Of a stretch of 64,000 nucleotides of DNA, positions 60,545 to 64,000 are shown in pieces. The stretch lies in assembly GCA_963727625.1 (NCBI GenBank), contig CAVSHR010000009.1:128001-192000 (forward strand), given 5' to 3'. Origin of the DNA: an uncultured delta proteobacterium. Its GTDB lineage: Bacteria; Desulfobacterota; Binatia; UBA9968. Under the pieces are notes generated by a model, which saw only the letters and a list, made by a program, of their open reading frames with translations, did not search any database and was not told where the DNA came from. Positions within the stretch are counted from its first letter, which is position 1. Each line of letters opens with the position of its first letter. Position numbers and translations under genes: made by a program.

Positions 60545-60673
60545 CAAGAGATCTTTATTCAGCAGCCTGCCAGGCGAAAGACCCGCTCAGTCAAATATCT
60601 GAACTCCCAGACAAAGCGCCGTTCTCCCAGCCGCTGTAACGTTGCGTTACATTAACCGGCAAGAAGGTCGATT

Positions 60674-61194
60674 ATGAATTACACTAACGCATCCCAATGG
60701 ATCGAGGTCGCTCACAGTCTCGGCGAGGAATTCGCCGGCCGGGCCGAGTCCCATGATGAGGGCGACACATTTGTCAGCCGTAACTAAACGGCGCTGAAAG
60801 AGCGGCGCCTGTTCACCGCGACGGTCCCCGAGGAACTGGGCGGGGGCGTAGCCTCGCACCGCGAGATCTCAGACATGCTGCGCACACTCGCCCGATATTG
60901 CGGCTCCACGGCGCTGGCGCTCTCGATGGACCAGCATCTCATCGCCGCTGCAATTTGGAAGTACCGGAGCGGCCAGGGCGGCGAGGCCATGCTCAAGAGC
61001 GTCGCCGAAAAACCAACGTGGCCAACGCCGCCATCCGCGTGGTCACCAGGGCGATGGAAATTGTCGGCGGTGCGGGTTTTTATCGGGGTTTCGGTCTGGA
61101 GCGGATGTTTCGCGACGTGCAGGCGGCACGCTATCATCCGCTGCCGGAAAACGATCAGGTGAAGTTTTCGGGCGAGTATCTATTGCGGGACTGA
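60674..61194 (+). pseudogene. Acyl-CoA dehydrogenase remnant (premature stop plus large internal deletion)
   Basis: N-part FAGRAESHD..., TAA at 60785, VPEELGGG, CGSTALALSM. Jumps at ~61010 to C-terminal AMEIVGGAGFYR..GLERMFRDVQAARYHP in another frame. Confidence 0.85.
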
Positions 61195-61219
61195 CGCATC
61201 TCGCGCGGAACCGGATTAT

Positions 61220-61465
61220 TCGACCACAAAGAGCACAAAAAAATCTGAATTCGTGTCCTTCGCAATACTATGTTTGAGAGTTTTCGCGGCTTGCGCAAAT
61301 TTCCCGACTCATGAAACATCTCGGATTCGGATCTTTCTCCCGCCAAGGCGCCAAGGACGCCAAGTTCGGAAAAATAGCCTTCTCTTTCTTTGCGGCCTTT
61401 GCGTCTTTGCGGGAGATACTCCGAGTTTTGGCTGCGGCTCTGCCGCGCTGTGCGCTTCGTGGTGA
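61220..61465. repeat. Intergenic mosaic of 9-mer-like repeats (CGCCAAG/CTTTGCG type) with internal inverted arms
   Basis: cgccaaggcgccaaggacgccaag; ctttgcggcctttgcgtctttgcg; ccacaaagagcacaaa versus tgtgcgcttcgtgg. A related stretch lies at ~32240-32268. Confidence 0.65.
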
Positions 61466-61870
61466 GCTCAATCAAGGTCGGTGCGCGGCCTGAGAGTCTC
61501 GCAACAAAGATATTACCTGTGAAAACAGAGAGTCCCGACGGAGTTCTGCTATGGTAATAGACCTGACCTGGTTCTCCGTTTCCTTTCAACGATGGGTTGA
61601 CTCACGAAATTTTTTGCCGCTATTTGGCTCTTGCGATTTATCGATGCCGCGCCGCAGATGACCGCCTTCTATACTTGAAAGGAAGCGCTCAAAAACGCTG
61701 GAAAATAATATAGTTTTGGCCTTGTTCTCAAAGATTTTTTTTTATAGCTTGGTCAACTGGGCGGTACGACTCCCATTTTTTGCCGGGGCGATCTTCGACT
61801 GGTTACCCGGCCGGGACCTCAAAATGACTCATGATGATGGTACGGTAAAATCGAAACAGGAGGTAATTCC

Positions 61871-62935
61871 ATGCAAGTTCAATCGGTCACAAGACGGCGA
61901 TTTCTGAAAACCGCAAGCGCGCTTGGCGGCCTTGCGCTGCTAATGCCCTTTGAAGGGCTAAATGCACTGGCGGCTAATTGCTACCAAGGAAAGCCGACCG
62001 TGCAATGGATCGTGCCCTATTCACCGGGGGGCGGCTTCGATACCTATTCTCGCCTGATTCAGCCCTACTTTGCCAAGAAGGCGGGAGCCGAGGTGGTTAT
62101 CCGAAACGTGACGGGAGCGGGAGGAATCAACGGGTTCCGCGAGTTGTATCGGGCCAAGCCGGACGGCCACACCGTAGGGATTCTCTTTGGATCGGGAGTC
62201 ATACTCTCCAAGCTGATCGGCAAAATGAAGATCACCCTGTCGGATTATACAGTTTTAGGTCGAATTGCGCCGGAGCAGCCGGTCTGGGCTTTCGGGAAGA
62301 ACTCGAAGTACTCGGATATATGGGATGTGGTCAAGAGTAAAAGACCCATCGTCGGGGTTGGGACCGGCCCCGGCAGCGCAAGCTTGTTCGACCAGTTCGC
62401 CTCGGCCTCGTTTATAGGGGTTCTGGATCGTCTCAAGATCGTGTCGGGTTTCAAAGGGAGCCGCCAGGCAACGCTTTCGGTCATTCGGGGCGAGGAAGAT
62501 CTTGGGGTTTACAATTTCTCATCGGTCCAAGATCGAATTGACAACGGGGATCTCCGGCCGTTTATGTCGCTCACCGAAGAGCCGGTGGGTCAGGATGATC
62601 CGAAGATGAAAGGCGTTCCGACCCTCTTCGACGTGCTGAAGAAAGTTCACCGCGAACAAGAAATCGACGATGCGAAGGGGCTGGACAGCATCTACAAGGT
62701 CGCCCGCGTGATCGCTGCACCCCCGGGCATTAAAGGCGATCTTCTCAAGTGTATGGGAGGAGCGCTCTTTGAGGCCATGTCAGATGACGCTTTCAAGGCC
62801 GCGGCGAGGAAGGGCAAGCGTCCGCTCGATGCGGCGAATGCGGAAGATCTGCAAGCGCCGCTTAAATCGGCAGTCGCGTTTGCGGCGAAATTTGCGTCTC
62901 GCTACAACGATTTTCTGAAGAAATCTGGAATGTAA
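61871..62935 (+). CDS. Bug/TctC substrate-binding protein with Tat signal peptide
   Basis: TRRRFLK twin-arginine signal, VPYSPGGGFDTYSR, NVTGAGG, AKPDGHT, VSGFKG. Confidence 0.88.
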   Translation: MQVQSVTRRRFLKTASALGGLALLMPFEGLNALAANCYQGKPTVQWIVPYSPGGGFDTYSRLIQPYFAKKAGAEVVIRNVTGAGGINGFRELYRAKPDGHTVGILFGSGVILSKLIGKMKITLSDYTVLGRIAPEQPVWAFGKNSKYSDIWDVVKSKRPIVGVGTGPGSASLFDQFASASFIGVLDRLKIVSGFKGSRQATLSVIRGEEDLGVYNFSSVQDRIDNGDLRPFMSLTEEPVGQDDPKMKGVPTLFDVLKKVHREQEIDDAKGLDSIYKVARVIAAPPGIKGDLLKCMGGALFEAMSDDAFKAAARKGKRPLDAANAEDLQAPLKSAVAFAAKFASRYNDFLKKSGM

Positions 62936-62956
62936 CCGAAAGAGGACTTAGACAGG

Positions 62957-62986
62957 GCCGGCAGGAAGATCAGTCCTGCCGGCTTT
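62957..62986 (+). terminator. GC-rich stem-loop after tctC (terminator or mRNA-stabilising hairpin)
   Basis: GCCGGCAGGA...TCCTGCCGGC followed by TTT. Confidence 0.6.
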
Positions 62987-63005
62987 GAATCCTGCAAGCA
63001 CAAAA

Positions 63006-64000
63006 ATGCCGATTTATCAGGCCGCCCTCGACGGTTTTTGGTTAAGCTTTTCTTACCCAAACATCATTTATCCCATCGCGGGAACCGTGATCGGCCTGAT
63101 CTTCGGTATTCTTCCGGGAGTCGGTGCCATCACGGCCATGGCCCTGCTCCTCCCCTTTACTTTCAGCTGGGGCTTGGTGCCCGTAATACTTTTGTTTGCC
63201 GCGATCCAGGGTGGGAGCTCACAGGGGGGTTCGATCACTGCGATCCTGGTTAACATCCCAGGAACTGCCCCTAACGCCGCTACGGTTCTCGATGGCTACC
63301 CCATGTCGCAGAGGGGCGAAGCTAAGACAGCGATCGGCGCCTCAGCGAGCGCATCGGCACTTGGTGCGGTGTTTGGTGTCGCAGTTCTGGTGCTTCTCAT
63401 ACCCGTGATGCAGGCGATTGTTTTGGCTTTCGGCCCGCCGGAATTTTTGATGTTGGCCGTTCTGGGTTTGACGGTGATCGCCGTCGTTACCGAGGGCAAC
63501 GTCATAAAAGGCCTTGCGGCGGCCGGCTTGGGCCTGATGTTCGCTTTCTTCGGCGAGGATCCTCTGACGGCTACGCCGCGGTTCAGCTTTGGCATCGAAT
63601 ATCTCTGGGACGGCTTGAAACTGGTGCCTGTATTTCTCGGCATCTTTGCTATCGGCGAAATGATCGATATGGCAGTCAGCGGTCGCCACACCATTTCCGG
63701 AAAAGAATCGCTGCAAGCCCTAACCGGGAACGTTTGGGACGGAGTCTTCTCTGTATTTCGCCACTTCTCGATTTTTATTCGGTCCTCGCTGATTGGTACC
63801 CTCATCGGCATTATCCCGGGGATCGGCGGAACGGTGGCGGGTTTCATCGCCTACGGCCAGGCGGTCCAGACGGCAAAGGACCGCGAGAATTTCGGCCGGG
63901 GTGACATCCGCGGAGTCATCGCGCCACAAGCGGCGAATGACGCCAAGGACGGAGGGGCGCTGGTACCGACAGTGACATTCGGGATACCGGGGAGCGAGGG
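63006..64000 (+). CDS. tctA: Tripartite tricarboxylate transporter permease TctA, runs off the window end
   Basis: From ATG 63006: GLIFGILPGVG, GGSITAILVNIPG, DGYPM..RGEA, FGPPEF, G.D...ATPRFSFG, IGIIPGIGG, AANDAKDGGALVPT..FGIPG. Confidence 0.92.
   Translation, partial: MPIYQAALDGFWLSFSYPNIIYPIAGTVIGLIFGILPGVGAITAMALLLPFTFSWGLVPVILLFAAIQGGSSQGGSITAILVNIPGTAPNAATVLDGYPMSQRGEAKTAIGASASASALGAVFGVAVLVLLIPVMQAIVLAFGPPEFLMLAVLGLTVIAVVTEGNVIKGLAAAGLGLMFAFFGEDPLTATPRFSFGIEYLWDGLKLVPVFLGIFAIGEMIDMAVSGRHTISGKESLQALTGNVWDGVFSVFRHFSIFIRSSLIGTLIGIIPGIGGTVAGFIAYGQAVQTAKDRENFGRGDIRGVIAPQAANDAKDGGALVPTVTFGIPGSE

Noticed and set aside
60785-60787. In-frame stop in the acyl-CoA dehydrogenase as a recoding site
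   Set aside because: It is TAA, and the gene also has a large deletion and frameshift, so this is ordinary decay.

Overview
A GC-rich bacterial chromosomal window with no rRNA, tRNA, CRISPR array, prophage or intact transposase that I can recognise. The gene mix resembles 'Deltaproteobacteria'/Candidatus Binatota-type environmental genomes (many amidohydrolases, orphan NMT1/THI5-like and Bug/TctC solute-binding proteins, CaiB CoA-transferases, short intergenic tandem repeats); this is an inference only. The left ~38 kb is mostly housekeeping and metabolism: recD2, CorC/HlyC, hisC, clpB, two MFS transporters, dinB, hemE-hemH-hemG(Y), a sugar ABC transporter, CoA-transferases, PrpD and an acyl-CoA synthetase. 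It also holds an uncharacterised two-gene unit, a ~1200-aa repetitive coiled-coil protein plus a single-domain KaiC-like ATPase, behind a predicted sigma-54 promoter. The right ~25 kb is a patchwork accessory region with three toxin-antitoxin loci (one decayed), gene remnants, a MITE-like element and dispersed repeats. Top observations: (1) the SelO/YdiU gene has an in-frame TGA exactly at the conserved C-terminal Cys (YQTF-TGA-GT-stop), followed by a bacterial-SECIS-like hairpin, making it a candidate bacterial selenocysteine-containing SelO; (2) the sigma-54 / giant coiled-coil / KaiC-like unit; (3) a structured non-coding segment after clpB; (4) an ABC ATPase that can only start at ATC. All calls come from reading the sequence and recalled family motifs; no searches were run.
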